The notes under the pieces: generated by a model
What the model was told of the DNA's origin: nothing
The model's database searches: none
What the model saw: the letters and a program-made list of their open reading frames with translations, nothing else
Shown: one piece after another, positions 10,685 through 21,000 of the stretch
How the letters are laid out: each line of letters starts with the position of its first letter
Numbering within the stretch: position 1 is the stretch's first letter
Position numbers and translations under genes: made by a program
DNA from: Chitinophagales bacterium
Lineage (GTDB): Bacteria; Bacteroidota; Bacteroidia; Chitinophagales; JAUHXS01
Direction of reading: 5' to 3'
DNA length: 64,000 nt
NCBI GenBank assembly: GCA_965213575.1
Contig: CBDBZN010000018.1
Coordinates: 16,598 to 80,597 of the forward strand

Positions 10685-11719
10685 CTAATCAGTGATGTAT
10701 GGATAACCTTCTTCTGCGTAAGTATCGTTGTAAAGCTCTTCTTCGCCCGGATATTCCGACTCTTCTGCAAACTTTACACACTCTTCTATTTCTTGTTTAA
10801 TATCCTCTTGGATTTCTTTAATTTCCTCCTCTGTTGCATATTTATTTTTCTTTATCACATCTAATACATGTGCAATCGGGTCTTTACCTTTAAAATCTTC
10901 TAACTCATCTTTACTCCTGTATTTAGCAGGGTCAGACATAGAGTGTCCTTTATATCGGTAAGTTTTCATCTCTAAATAATAAGGCCCGTTTCCTGCTCTC
11001 ACGTGAGCAACCGCTTCGTTCATAGCCTCTAACACTTTTTCAGGACTCATCCCATCCACTTCTTTAGAAGGCATGTCGTAGGCACAACCTAACTTATACA
11101 AATCAGTTACATTTGAAGTTCTTTCTACCGACGTACCCATGGCATATTGATTATTTTCACAAATAAATATGACCGGTAACTTCCAAGTCATTGCCATGTT
11201 AAAAGTTTCATGCAAAGAACCTTGACGTGCAGCACCATCACCAAAGAAAGTTACGGTCAATCTACCTGTTTCATTATATTTTTCAGCGAAAGCTAAACCC
11301 GCGCCCAGTGGAATTTGTCCGCCTACAATACCGTGGCCGCCGTAAAAGTATTTTTCTTTTGAGAAAAAGTGCATAGAACCGCCCTTTCCTTTAGATGAAC
11401 CGGTAACTTTTCCAAATAACTCTGCCATACATTCCTTACAAGTCATTCCTTTTGCTAAAGCTAAACCATGATCTCTGTATGCTGTAATTAAAATATCTTC
11501 TTGCTCCGTGGCAGATACAACGCCTGCAGATACTGCTTCTTGGCCTATATTTAAATGACAAAAACCTCTGATCTTTTGTTGGCCGTATAATTGACCAGCT
11601 TTTTCCTCAAATCTTCTTTGGCGGAGCATTATCTCGTACCAATACATGTAAGTTTCTTTTGTTAACTTTGTAGTAGGCTTACTTTTGGTATTTGACTTTG
11701 CTTTTGTTTTTGTAGGCAT
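10685..11719 (-). CDS. pdhA: pyruvate dehydrogenase (acetyl-transferring) E1 component, alpha subunit
   Basis: 344 aa. ThDP-binding GDGA-x-QG-x(21)-NN region (FFGDGAARQGSLHETFNMAMTWKLPVIFICENNQYAMGT) and YRYKGHSMSDP are typical of E1-alpha. Confidence 0.9.
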   Translation of the reverse strand: MPTKTKAKSNTKSKPTTKLTKETYMYWYEIMLRQRRFEEKAGQLYGQQKIRGFCHLNIGQEAVSAGVVSATEQEDILITAYRDHGLALAKGMTCKECMAELFGKVTGSSKGKGGSMHFFSKEKYFYGGHGIVGGQIPLGAGLAFAEKYNETGRLTVTFFGDGAARQGSLHETFNMAMTWKLPVIFICENNQYAMGTSVERTSNVTDLYKLGCAYDMPSKEVDGMSPEKVLEAMNEAVAHVRAGNGPYYLEMKTYRYKGHSMSDPAKYRSKDELEDFKGKDPIAHVLDVIKKNKYATEEEIKEIQEDIKQEIEECVKFAEESEYPGEEELYNDTYAEEGYPYITD

Positions 11720-11809
11720 CGTAAAACTAAATTTTGTGCTAATTTATTAATAATACTTAATATTTTAAGGAATACAACGCAAAAAAGCAACTTCTATCGC
11801 TCACGGAAT

Positions 11810-12919
11810 ATGTATTTAAAAACACTTGAAGCTCATCAGTTTAAAAACTACAAGCATCTACAGCTAAGCTTAAGTAGTGATATCAATCATTTTTCAGGAG
11901 AAAATGGTGCAGGCAAGACAAATATTCTCGATGCCATTTACTACCTCACTACCGGCAAAAGTTATTTTAATAACATTGATCAACAAAACATTTTACACGA
12001 AGAAAATTTTTTAAACCTAAAAGGCATTTTTTCTATTCAAGATTATGATGAAACTATCACCTGTGATTATGCTATAGGGAAAAGAAAAACTATTAAAAAA
12101 AATGCTATCAAATACGATAAGTTATCTCAGCATATCGGTTTTATACCGGTAGTTATGCTTTGTCCTGCAGATGCTCTCATCATTGAAGGACACAGCGATA
12201 CCCGAAGAAGTTTTATCGATCAAACAATTTCTCAAACAGAACCCGCTTACTTAGAAACCTTAATAGCTTATTCAAAAGTGCTGACTCAACGGAATAGCCT
12301 TTTAAAACGCTTTAAAGAAAGAGGTTATGTTAATACTGACGAGTTAGCAAGCTGGGACAAACCATTAACGGACTTAGGCAAAATTATTTTTCAAGAAAGA
12401 AGTAAATATATTACTGCCCTCTCTCCTCTTTTTGAAAAACATTATCGGATTATTTCAGGTAATAAAGAAGCTGTTTCTCTGGCTTATAATTCTCAGTTGA
12501 GTGAACAAACGTATCAAGAAGGCCTAAAAGCAAATCTAGAGAAAGACAAAATTTTACAGCGAACCTCTTTTGGTGTGCATAAAGATGATCTCACTTTTTT
12601 AATAGATGAATTCCCGATTAAAAAATTCGGATCACAAGGCCAGCAAAAGTCGTTCTTAATGGCATTAAAATTTGCACAATTTGAGACCATCCATCAACAA
12701 ACCGGTAAAAAGCCGCTCTTATTATTAGATGATATTTTTGATAAACTCGATGCTAAACGGGTAACGCATATATTTAAACTAATTAGCGATTCTACGTTAT
12801 TCGGACAAACATTCATCACCGATACTGATCCATCCAGAACTGACAAACTATTTGCGCAGCTGTACGATAAAGCAAAACGATATGGTGTTAAGGACGGTTG
12901 TGTGAGGGAAATGGCATAA
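11810..12919 (+). CDS. recF: DNA replication/repair protein RecF
   Basis: 369 aa. Walker A GENGAGKTNILDAI, SMC-like signature SQGQQKS, Walker B LLLLDD. Confidence 0.9.
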   Translation: MYLKTLEAHQFKNYKHLQLSLSSDINHFSGENGAGKTNILDAIYYLTTGKSYFNNIDQQNILHEENFLNLKGIFSIQDYDETITCDYAIGKRKTIKKNAIKYDKLSQHIGFIPVVMLCPADALIIEGHSDTRRSFIDQTISQTEPAYLETLIAYSKVLTQRNSLLKRFKERGYVNTDELASWDKPLTDLGKIIFQERSKYITALSPLFEKHYRIISGNKEAVSLAYNSQLSEQTYQEGLKANLEKDKILQRTSFGVHKDDLTFLIDEFPIKKFGSQGQQKSFLMALKFAQFETIHQQTGKKPLLLLDDIFDKLDAKRVTHIFKLISDSTLFGQTFITDTDPSRTDKLFAQLYDKAKRYGVKDGCVREMA

Positions 12920-12945
12920 CAATTGCTCTAAACAAGTAGACAATA

Positions 12946-13293
12946 TTGTCTTTTAACTATGAATTTAAAATCATGAATGATAATAAATATTTAATAGAAA
13001 AACTGAGTAATTGTATTGCAGCCTGTCAAAGATGCTCAGATGCATGTTTAGATGAAGATAATGTATCAGAAATGGCCGGTTGTATCAGATCGGACAGAGA
13101 TTGTGCTGAAATATGTCAAGTAGCACTTAATTTTCTCTCAAGAAATTCTGACAATACTGATCAAATTTTAAGTTTGTGCAAAGAAATGTGTGAAGCATGT
13201 GCAGATGATTGTGAACAACACGAAGCGGAACATTGTAAAAAATGTGCTGAAGCATGCAGAGAATGTGCTGAAGCATGTGAAAAAGTAGGCTAA
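12946..13293 (+). CDS. Cys-rich four-helix-bundle copper-binding protein (DUF326-like)
   Basis: 115 aa with about 18 Cys in repeated CxxxC/CxxC spacing (CIAACQRCSDAC, CAEICQ, CKEMCEACADDC, CKKCAEACRECAEAC). The track start is TTG; an internal ATG at 12973 is a likelier start. Confidence 0.7.
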   Translation: MSFNYEFKIMNDNKYLIEKLSNCIAACQRCSDACLDEDNVSEMAGCIRSDRDCAEICQVALNFLSRNSDNTDQILSLCKEMCEACADDCEQHEAEHCKKCAEACRECAEACEKVG

Positions 13294-13306
13294 ATTATTT
13301 AAACTA

Positions 13307-13337
13307 GGATGGTAAATGTTGTTTTACCATCCTTTTT
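13307..13337 (+). terminator. rho-independent terminator
   Basis: Perfect 10-bp stem GGATGGTAAA / TTTACCATCC, 6-nt loop, then TTTTT. Confidence 0.6.
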
Positions 13338-13348
13338 AAGACTTAGTT

Positions 13349-14569
13349 TTGAATAGTTTCCTAGACAACTGGAGCAAGGCCGCCTATACTACAGCAGGTT
13401 TCTTTTGGATGGCACTTTGGGCTTTTGCCTTTGGATATGTCATAAGTAGTCTTATCCAAATATTTGTCACCGAACAGCGGATGCAAAAAACTATGGGAAA
13501 AGATGAATCAAAAGGAGTGCTACTTGGCACCTTTTTCGGCTTCATTAGCAGTTCATGCAGCTTTGCTGCACTTGCAACGACAAAATCTTTATTTCAAAAA
13601 GGAGCCAGTTTTATAGCTTCAATTGCTTTCTTGTTAGCCTCCACTAATTTAGTTATTGAACTCGGAATTATCATCTCTATATTTATGAGCTGGCAATTTG
13701 TAGTCGGCGAATATATAGGAGGTATTTTATTGATTTTATCAAGTTGGATACTAATAAAAATTATTAATCCTAAAAACTTAATAAAGCAAGCTAAGAAAAA
13801 CTTAGAGGATCAGAATGAAACTACCTCTGAAGATACTTCTTGGGAAGAAAAACTCCAATCCACAAAAAATTGGGTTAAAGTAGGCAAGCAATATGGGATG
13901 GAGTGGAAAATGGTGTGGAAAGATGTAACCGTAGGCTTTACCATTGCAGGTATAGTTTCTGCTTTTGTACCTGACTCATTTTTTCAAACTTTATTTATAA
14001 ATAGCGGCGAGCAACATAGCTCATTTAGCTTTTTTACTTTATTAGAGCATGTATTAGTGGGGCCAATAGCTGCTTTTCTGACTTTTATCGGCTCTATGGG
14101 TAATATACCTTTAGCTGCTTTATTATTTGGCAAAGGAGTTAGTTTTGCCGGTATAATGGCATTTATATTTAGCGACTTAGTTGTGTTTCCGGTTTTACGG
14201 ATCAATGCTAAATACTACGGGTGGAAAATGTCGCTGTTTATATTATTTTTACTCTTTACATCTTTAATTGGCACTTCACTTCTCCTTCATTATGGACTAA
14301 AGGTATTTGATTTACTGCCAAGTGATTCCGGAAAAAACATCGTAGAACAAGATCATTTTAAAATTAATTATTCCTTTTTTCTAAACATGGCTTTTATAGC
14401 AATTTCCGGGCTACTGATTTATTTAGGATTCTTCAAAAAGACAGATGTAGAATATCACAAAGAAATGGCTCCTAAGAGCAAAGTGCTGGAAAGTGTACTA
14501 AAATGGGCTGCTTTTGCTTGCTATATTTGGTTATCAGGAGGACTTATTATTAAATTTTTAATAAAATGA
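13349..14569 (+). CDS. polytopic permease (UPF0718 / putative Cu-Zn efflux permease family)
   Basis: 406 aa, at least 8 hydrophobic helices, with a conserved-looking SSSCSFAALA segment. TTG start only 12 nt after a terminator, so the true start is uncertain. Confidence 0.6.
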   Translation: MNSFLDNWSKAAYTTAGFFWMALWAFAFGYVISSLIQIFVTEQRMQKTMGKDESKGVLLGTFFGFISSSCSFAALATTKSLFQKGASFIASIAFLLASTNLVIELGIIISIFMSWQFVVGEYIGGILLILSSWILIKIINPKNLIKQAKKNLEDQNETTSEDTSWEEKLQSTKNWVKVGKQYGMEWKMVWKDVTVGFTIAGIVSAFVPDSFFQTLFINSGEQHSSFSFFTLLEHVLVGPIAAFLTFIGSMGNIPLAALLFGKGVSFAGIMAFIFSDLVVFPVLRINAKYYGWKMSLFILFLLFTSLIGTSLLLHYGLKVFDLLPSDSGKNIVEQDHFKINYSFFLNMAFIAISGLLIYLGFFKKTDVEYHKEMAPKSKVLESVLKWAAFACYIWLSGGLIIKFLIK

Positions 14570-15303
14570 TGAAGCATCAATATAAAATTTCAGGCATGAC
14601 CTGTCAATCATGTGTATCAAAAGTTACCAAAGCTTTAGAAGAAGTGGAGGGTATTAAAGAAGCATCTGTTACCCTTGATCCACCCATAGCTCAAGTGACA
14701 ATGGATAGTCACGTTCCCACTGCTAAATTAAACGAGCAACTTAAAAAGGCAGGCAATTATACTATACAAGAAGCTGATCAAGCTACTCACTCTGATTCGC
14801 AATCAGCAAATGTTGAGGAAGAAACTGATACGAGTTATAAGCCGCTTGTAATTGTAATAGCTTATTTACTTTTAGCTGTTGCTATACAGCAAATAAATCA
14901 AGGTTATTTTGAATGGCGATCTGCCATGAATCTTTTTATGGGAGGCTTCTTTATTGCTTTTTCCTTTTTTAAAATGCTAGACATTCAGGCATTTGCTCAT
15001 TCATTTGCTTCATATGATATTATCACTAAAAAATGGATAGGATATGGTTATGCATATCCCTTTATCGAGTTACTTTTGGGAATAGCTTACCTCACTCATT
15101 TTGCTCCTACTTTCACCTACAGTGCTACAATTATAATTCTGGGAATTAGCAGCATAGGAGTGTTTCAGAGTGTGGCAAATAAAAGAAAAATTCAATGTGC
15201 GTGCTTAGGCACAGTCTTTAATTTGCCAATGAGTACTGTAACAATAATTGAGGATATAGCTATGTTGATTATGGCTTTAATAATGCTATTCGTTACGTTT
15301 TAG
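14566..15303 (+). CDS. heavy-metal-associated (HMA) domain fused to a MauE/DoxX-like membrane domain
   Basis: N-terminal GMTCQSCVSKV metal-binding motif, then 4-5 TM helices including a CACLG motif. 4-nt overlap with the permease gene. Confidence 0.7.
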   Translation: MMKHQYKISGMTCQSCVSKVTKALEEVEGIKEASVTLDPPIAQVTMDSHVPTAKLNEQLKKAGNYTIQEADQATHSDSQSANVEEETDTSYKPLVIVIAYLLLAVAIQQINQGYFEWRSAMNLFMGGFFIAFSFFKMLDIQAFAHSFASYDIITKKWIGYGYAYPFIELLLGIAYLTHFAPTFTYSATIIILGISSIGVFQSVANKRKIQCACLGTVFNLPMSTVTIIEDIAMLIMALIMLFVTF

Positions 15304-15503
15304 CGAATTACTTGCACATTCCCAGAGTTGGCAATTTCTTCATTATCCGGCAATACATACTGAATATAATAGGTATATACTTCATTGGAAACTGCTTTAC
15401 CATTATAAGTACCATCCCAAAATACCATTTTATCATTGGTTTCAAAAAGTAATTTGCCAAAATAGGCTGTCTGAGGAAGACAGTAAGAGATATAAAAAGT
15501 TGG
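15300..15503 (-). pseudogene. orphan 3' fragment of a T9SS type B (gliding-motility-associated) C-terminal sorting domain
   Basis: My own translation of a frame not in the track gives ...AYFGKLLFETNDKMVFWDGTYNGKAVSNEVYTYYIQYVLPDNEEIANSGNVQVIR-stop. This matches the WdG..G....gvY.Y.i...G.v.lir end of type B CTDs. The frame is closed by TAG 68 codons upstream, and there is no gene body. Confidence 0.45.
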
Positions 15504-15538
15504 CTACTTAATAAGCAATATTTTTTCAAAGAAAAAAA

Positions 15539-15970
15539 TTAAAAAGAGTCTATTATAGTGATATATTCCGCAGGCGTTACTTTTTTATAGCCTAATTCTC
15601 CTAGTTTTTTGCCGTTGTCATCAAAGACTATTACTAAAGGAATAATACCATTGGGGTTATATTTATCTGCTAGCTTAGTGTTTTTTTCCTGTTGCTCAGC
15701 ACTTAATTTATTTTTGGTTTTTTTAGGAAAGTCAACTTGCAGTAAAACAAAGTTTTCTTTAGCATAGTCTTCAAATTCTTTTTTTTGCCATACTTCTGCA
15801 TCTAAATTCATACATGGAGCACACCAGTCTGATCCTTGAAATACCATCAAGAGCTTTTTGTTTTCTTCTTTAGCTAGCTTAGACGCTTCCTGAAAATCAG
15901 TTTGCCATTCTTGGGCGTGTGTTAAGAAGCTAACAGCAATAAATAGAATTATAGATGATAACTTTTTCAT
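15539..15970 (-). CDS. secreted thioredoxin-fold protein
   Basis: Signal peptide plus WCAPC active site (GSDWCAPCMNLD). Confidence 0.8.
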   Translation of the reverse strand: MKKLSSIILFIAVSFLTHAQEWQTDFQEASKLAKEENKKLLMVFQGSDWCAPCMNLDAEVWQKKEFEDYAKENFVLLQVDFPKKTKNKLSAEQQEKNTKLADKYNPNGIIPLVIVFDDNGKKLGELGYKKVTPAEYITIIDSF

Positions 15971-16164
15971 TGATGATTAATATTGATTTAAAAAGTTTTG
16001 TGATAATTTTTATATATAGAAACGTTTAGGAAGTGCGTTTAGTTTAGTATTATTAAAAGTAACTTAAAACTTTGATTAAAATTATAAACAGAGATCGTGA
16101 TAAGATGATGAAATAGCATTAATTATTGCGAGAGAAATATGATATAATTATCTATATTTAGACA

Positions 16165-16455
16165 ATGAGCCAGCACAATGCCACCACCTTAAAACAGGCA
16201 ATAAATAAACTGATTGATACCTACAAGCTTCGGGGAAAGTTGAATGAAGCTAAACTCAATACTAATTGGGAGAAATTATTTGGTAAAACGATTGCTAAGT
16301 ACACTCAAAGCATATATTTAAAAGATAAAAAGCTGTATGTAAAAATTACTTCATCTCCTTTAAAACAAGAATTGCTTTATAATAAGCCTAAGATGATCAA
16401 TTTATTAAATGAAGATCTAGGTGAAAATGTAGTTACAGATATAGTAATTTTGTGA
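16165..16455 (+). CDS. DUF721-like small protein
   Basis: 96 aa. LKQAINKLIDTYKL ... NWEKLFGKTIAKYT ... LYVKITSSPLKQELLY pattern is typical of DUF721. Confidence 0.55.
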   Translation: MSQHNATTLKQAINKLIDTYKLRGKLNEAKLNTNWEKLFGKTIAKYTQSIYLKDKKLYVKITSSPLKQELLYNKPKMINLLNEDLGENVVTDIVIL

Positions 16456-17145
16456 TTATCTGACAAACTTATATCCTACTCCTCTGACTGATAAAAAGTG
16501 TTTTGGTTGCTTTGGATTTAATTCGAAATATTTTCTCAAGTTTACTACAAAGTTATCAATAGTCCTGGTAGAAGGATATACATCATAACCCCAGGCTACT
16601 TCCATTATTTGCTGCCGGGAAATGACTTCGTTGGGCTTGCCGGTAAATAATTTCAGCAGTTTCACTTCTTTATCAGTTAATTTGATAGCTTTACCTTTAA
16701 AATTTACTCCCATATATGTTTCAAAATCAATTTCATTTTGTCCAAAAGTAACAGTTTCAGAATATGGTACATCCCGTTTAGCATTTCGCTTTAGCAACTT
16801 ACCGACTCTTAATAACAATTCTTCTAAGTTAAATGGCTTCACTAAATAATCATCGCCGCCTATTTTGAGCCCTTTCACTCTATCTACGCTACTATCTTTA
16901 GCGGTAAGGAAAAGAATAGGAACTTTATCATCTATTATCCTAATGCGCTCACAAACTTCAAAACCATCCATCTCAGGCAGCATAATATCTAAAACAATTA
17001 AATCAAAACGCTGGTTTTCAAATAATTTCAATGCTTCACGGCCATTATCTGCTATAACCACCTCAAGCTGTTCTAAATTTAAATTAAGCTTGATCAATTT
17101 CTGCAAACTTTCTTCATCTTCAACTAATAAAACCCGCATGATCAA
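16456..17145 (-). CDS. OmpR-family response regulator
   Basis: Receiver domain (VEDE, DLIVLDIMLPEMDG, KD) plus winged-helix output (LTDKEVKLLKLF ... VRGVGYKF). Confidence 0.9.
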   Translation of the reverse strand: MIMRVLLVEDEESLQKLIKLNLNLEQLEVVIADNGREALKLFENQRFDLIVLDIMLPEMDGFEVCERIRIIDDKVPILFLTAKDSSVDRVKGLKIGGDDYLVKPFNLEELLLRVGKLLKRNAKRDVPYSETVTFGQNEIDFETYMGVNFKGKAIKLTDKEVKLLKLFTGKPNEVISRQQIMEVAWGYDVYPSTRTIDNFVVNLRKYFELNPKQPKHFLSVRGVGYKFVR

Positions 17146-18077
17146 TTATTTAAGAAAGTTAATTTAAAAGTAGTTCCTTGAGGAGTATTATCTAAAACTT
17201 CAATCTTTCCGTGATGAGCTTCCATTAATTCTCGCACAATATATAACCCAAGGCCCGTGCCTTTTTGTTTCCTGACCTCCTCATTTCCTATTCTATAGAA
17301 TTTTTCAAAAACTTGCTTTTTTTCTGCATCCTCTATACCAATCCCTAAGTCAGAAATTTGCAAAATAATGTTTCTATTTTTTTTAAACACGCTGATGGTA
17401 ATCAGGCTATCTGCTTTTGAATATTTAATTGCATTGTCTAGCAAGTTGCCAATAATAGAGTCTAATGAAGTTCTATCAAATAGTACCGAGGTAACATTTG
17501 AGGTATTAAAGATAATTTTCCTGTTAGTGAGTTGTTCGAAATAGCTGATTTTATTTTCAATCGTTTTAGCTATATCAATAGGTTGTTTATCGAAGGTATA
17601 ATTGTGGTTTTCCAATTTAGCGCTCAATAAAATATTATCAACTAATTTATTTAATCGTTCTACATCGTTAGCTGCGTTTGCATGCAATTCTTTTATCTGG
17701 CCGCTGGATAAACTTCTACCTACAATAGTTTGCAAAGCTAATTTTAAGGCTGCTATAGGCGTTTTCAGTTCATGCGTGACAGAAAGCAAAAAGTTTTTTT
17801 GTTGCGACTTTAACTTCATTTCTTTTACGATAGTCCGGTACACTACGACCATCCCAATAATTATAAACAAAAGAAAAACAGTTCCTTCTCCTAAGATCAT
17901 CCATACTTGCCTGTTATAATGATTAATAGCCTCTGTTGATGTTCCGGTTCTTACTTGCAGTTCATATAACTGACTGTTTTTTTCCAGCAATAAATAACCC
18001 CACCAGATAAATGACGTAATGATGTATATAGTCAACACAAAAAATAATATCAGTGTCGATTTATTTTTGGCCTTCAT
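17142..18077 (-). CDS. sensor histidine kinase (two TM helices)
   Basis: H-box SVTHELKTPIAA, N-box GNLLDNAIKYS, G-boxes DLGIGI and GTGLGLYIV. 4-nt overlap with the response regulator gene. Confidence 0.9.
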   Translation of the reverse strand: MKAKNKSTLILFFVLTIYIITSFIWWGYLLLEKNSQLYELQVRTGTSTEAINHYNRQVWMILGEGTVFLLFIIIGMVVVYRTIVKEMKLKSQQKNFLLSVTHELKTPIAALKLALQTIVGRSLSSGQIKELHANAANDVERLNKLVDNILLSAKLENHNYTFDKQPIDIAKTIENKISYFEQLTNRKIIFNTSNVTSVLFDRTSLDSIIGNLLDNAIKYSKADSLITISVFKKNRNIILQISDLGIGIEDAEKKQVFEKFYRIGNEEVRKQKGTGLGLYIVRELMEAHHGKIEVLDNTPQGTTFKLTFLNN

Positions 18078-21000
18078 CTCTATGTATTATCGGAAAAGCA
18101 ACAAAAAAGGTTGTTCCACTTCCCGGGGTGGTAACAAACCATACCTTCCCTTGAGCTTGCTCTACAATATTTCTTGCAATAGCTAAGCCAATACCCGTTC
18201 CTGAACTCTTAGTGGTAAAATTGGGGACAAAAACTTTTTCTTGCTCCGGCAAGTCAATACCAACGCCATTATCTTTCACACTGATTATCACCATTTCAGC
18301 TTCTTGATAAATCTTTAGTTTAATTTTACCATGCCTGGTGCTTGGAATTGCTTGAATGGCATTTTTAACAATATTAGTAAAAACTCTAAGTAATAAATCT
18401 TTATCAGCAAATATATAAAAAGGCTGTGCCGGAGCATCATATTTAAAATCGGCCTCTTCCGAATCTTTAAATAAAGCATAAATATGTTCTATGATATCAT
18501 TAATTAAAACTTCTTGGTTTTTAGCTACGGGCATTTTAGCAAAAGAGGAAAATTCAGAAGCAATTTTTGATAAAGCATCAATTTGTTCTACTAATGTATC
18601 AGCCACTCGGCTAGTCATTTCAGCGAGATTTTCAGCACCTTCTTTTCCCGCCCTTTTCAAATGTTGAATATTCAACTTCATGGGAGTAAGCGGATTTTTT
18701 ATCTCATGGGCAACTTGCTTTGCTATATCTCTCCACGCTCCTTCTCGTTCAGATGTTTTTAGTAATAAGGCACTTTTTTCTAATTCTAATAACATTTTAT
18801 TGTATTCCTTTACCAAAATACCTATTTCATCTTCTGCAGCCCAAATTAAAGGCTCATTTTTACCACCTAATTTAGTTTCTTTCAGTTTACTCCCTATCAC
18901 CGTTAAAGTTTTAGTTAAATAATTACTGAGTAACAAAATCAATACACTTCCTATAAGTATGAAAAGAGTATAAATATTAATGAATCCTTCTAAAAAAGAG
19001 GCAATTTCTTTTTGCAGGTCTTTTTCTTTAGCGAAATATGGCAAGTTTACATACGCAATAATATCGCCTTCTTCATTAGTAATGGCCGAAAAAGCAGAGA
19101 TGTAATTTAAGCTGCCTAATTTTTCATCTAATACATACAAAAAGTTGGTACGTCGGTTTTGCTTTAATACATTAAATGCTAATGGATTCATATTTTCAGA
19201 AAGAATGTGTTTGTCGAAAATATCATATTGAGATGAGGCCCATAATTTGCCTGACGATTTATATAGATTTACGTCTATGGTATGAATATCCGCTAATTTT
19301 TTGATCTCGTTTTCTAAAACCTTATTCTCTTTTCCCTGAAATGATAACCCCTCGTTAGAAAGCAAATAATAAATTGACGTAATGACAGATTGTGCTTTTC
19401 TCTTTAACCGAGCCTGATGATATTCATTATACTCCCCAACAATATTTTTATAAGTAAAAATGATTATGCCAATTAATGATAAGATGATGAATAAGATCAT
19501 GGTAATATTAATCTTATCTCGCAAAGATATTTTATTTAGTGCCTGGGGTAGAGCATTTTGTAAGTTAAAAGTTAAAAGAAGGCCTGCTAGAAATATTATT
19601 AAAATACTGATTAACATAAAACAAAAAATATACGAGGCCCATGCCATATTTTCCATCCATGAATTTTTGTTTCGATAAAACAAAATAGTTTTATCTCCTA
19701 CTTTTATAGCTATAGCTTTTTCTATATGATGAGCTGATAACTCATCTAAGTTATCCAGTGATAGGAAATCTTTACTTCGATGAAATTTACCCTTATCATA
19801 TATTACATAACTATATTCTGATAATTGATTTTTTTCAAAAAAAGAAGACTCTAACAGCAGTTCCGGATATAAATTTGTATTGGTGTAGCTTACCGTTTTA
19901 AATAATATATAGAGTAAATTTTTATCAGCATAATTAAAAGCTAACAAATAATTATGCTTATTCAGGCCGGTATTGACAGCATATATGTTCTGAGTTTGAT
20001 TAGTTAGATTTTCTTCCTGCAGATAAGCTGAATAATCTATATTTGTGTCACCTGAAGCTTTATTAGAAACTTCGCAAATGGTACTAAATCTTATATCGAA
20101 AAAATCAAAGTAACTACCAACGTATTTACTTAAAATTTCCTCTTTAACAGCTTCCAGGCTACTGCTATCCATACAATTACCTATTTTATTAGCATTCAAA
20201 TTTTCAGCGATCTCTGCATACATATTACTAAGTAGATATTCTGTTATAGGATTATTCTTTAAAGCAAGTTTGTGAGCTATAACTGATAATGTATTTTTTT
20301 CTTTTTTATCGCTGTGATAAACTATTAAGGAAGAATAAAATAAAGAAAAATAGGCAATGAACATTAAAGCATTTATTAAAGTAAATTGAGATTTTCGCCC
20401 GGTTAACCACAACAGCCCATAAATAAATATCGCGGTCCATATGGCAACAGCACATTTAATACCTAAAAAATCATTTATCCATATATATAATAACATATTA
20501 GTTAATACTACATACAGAAACCTGCCGCTCCTTAATCTTACCCAAGTTAGAGCAGCAATGATATGCCATGCAATAAAACCGAATGCCAATGTGGCTAAGC
20601 TCAAGCAAAATAATGCTGCTATACTATATTTCTCAAATACGAATAATTTATTTAATACAAGTAAATTATTTGCATCTATTATCAAACTTTGTGTAAGTAC
20701 TACAAGAAAGTGAGCTAAAGTAAAAATACCTCCAACTGCCACTACTATCCATAATATTCTATATGACTGATTTAGAACAGGAGGCCTAAGTGGTATAAGA
20801 AAAAATATATATGCATTATATAATATTAAAGCTAAAATGATGAAAAGATGGCCTAAAGAAGGGCTAAAAGATGATGCATAATTAAATGCTTGCCATAACT
20901 CAAAATGAGTAAATTCTGTTAATAAACTATTTAATAGGCTGACTTTTATTATAATGATTGAAATAACAATAGATATTAATAATCGAAAACCGGGTAGTAA

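Noticed and set aside
15308-15529. 73-aa minus-strand ORF from the track
   Set aside because: The composition is odd, and a different frame of the same DNA gives a clear T9SS type B CTD fragment. Treated as spurious.
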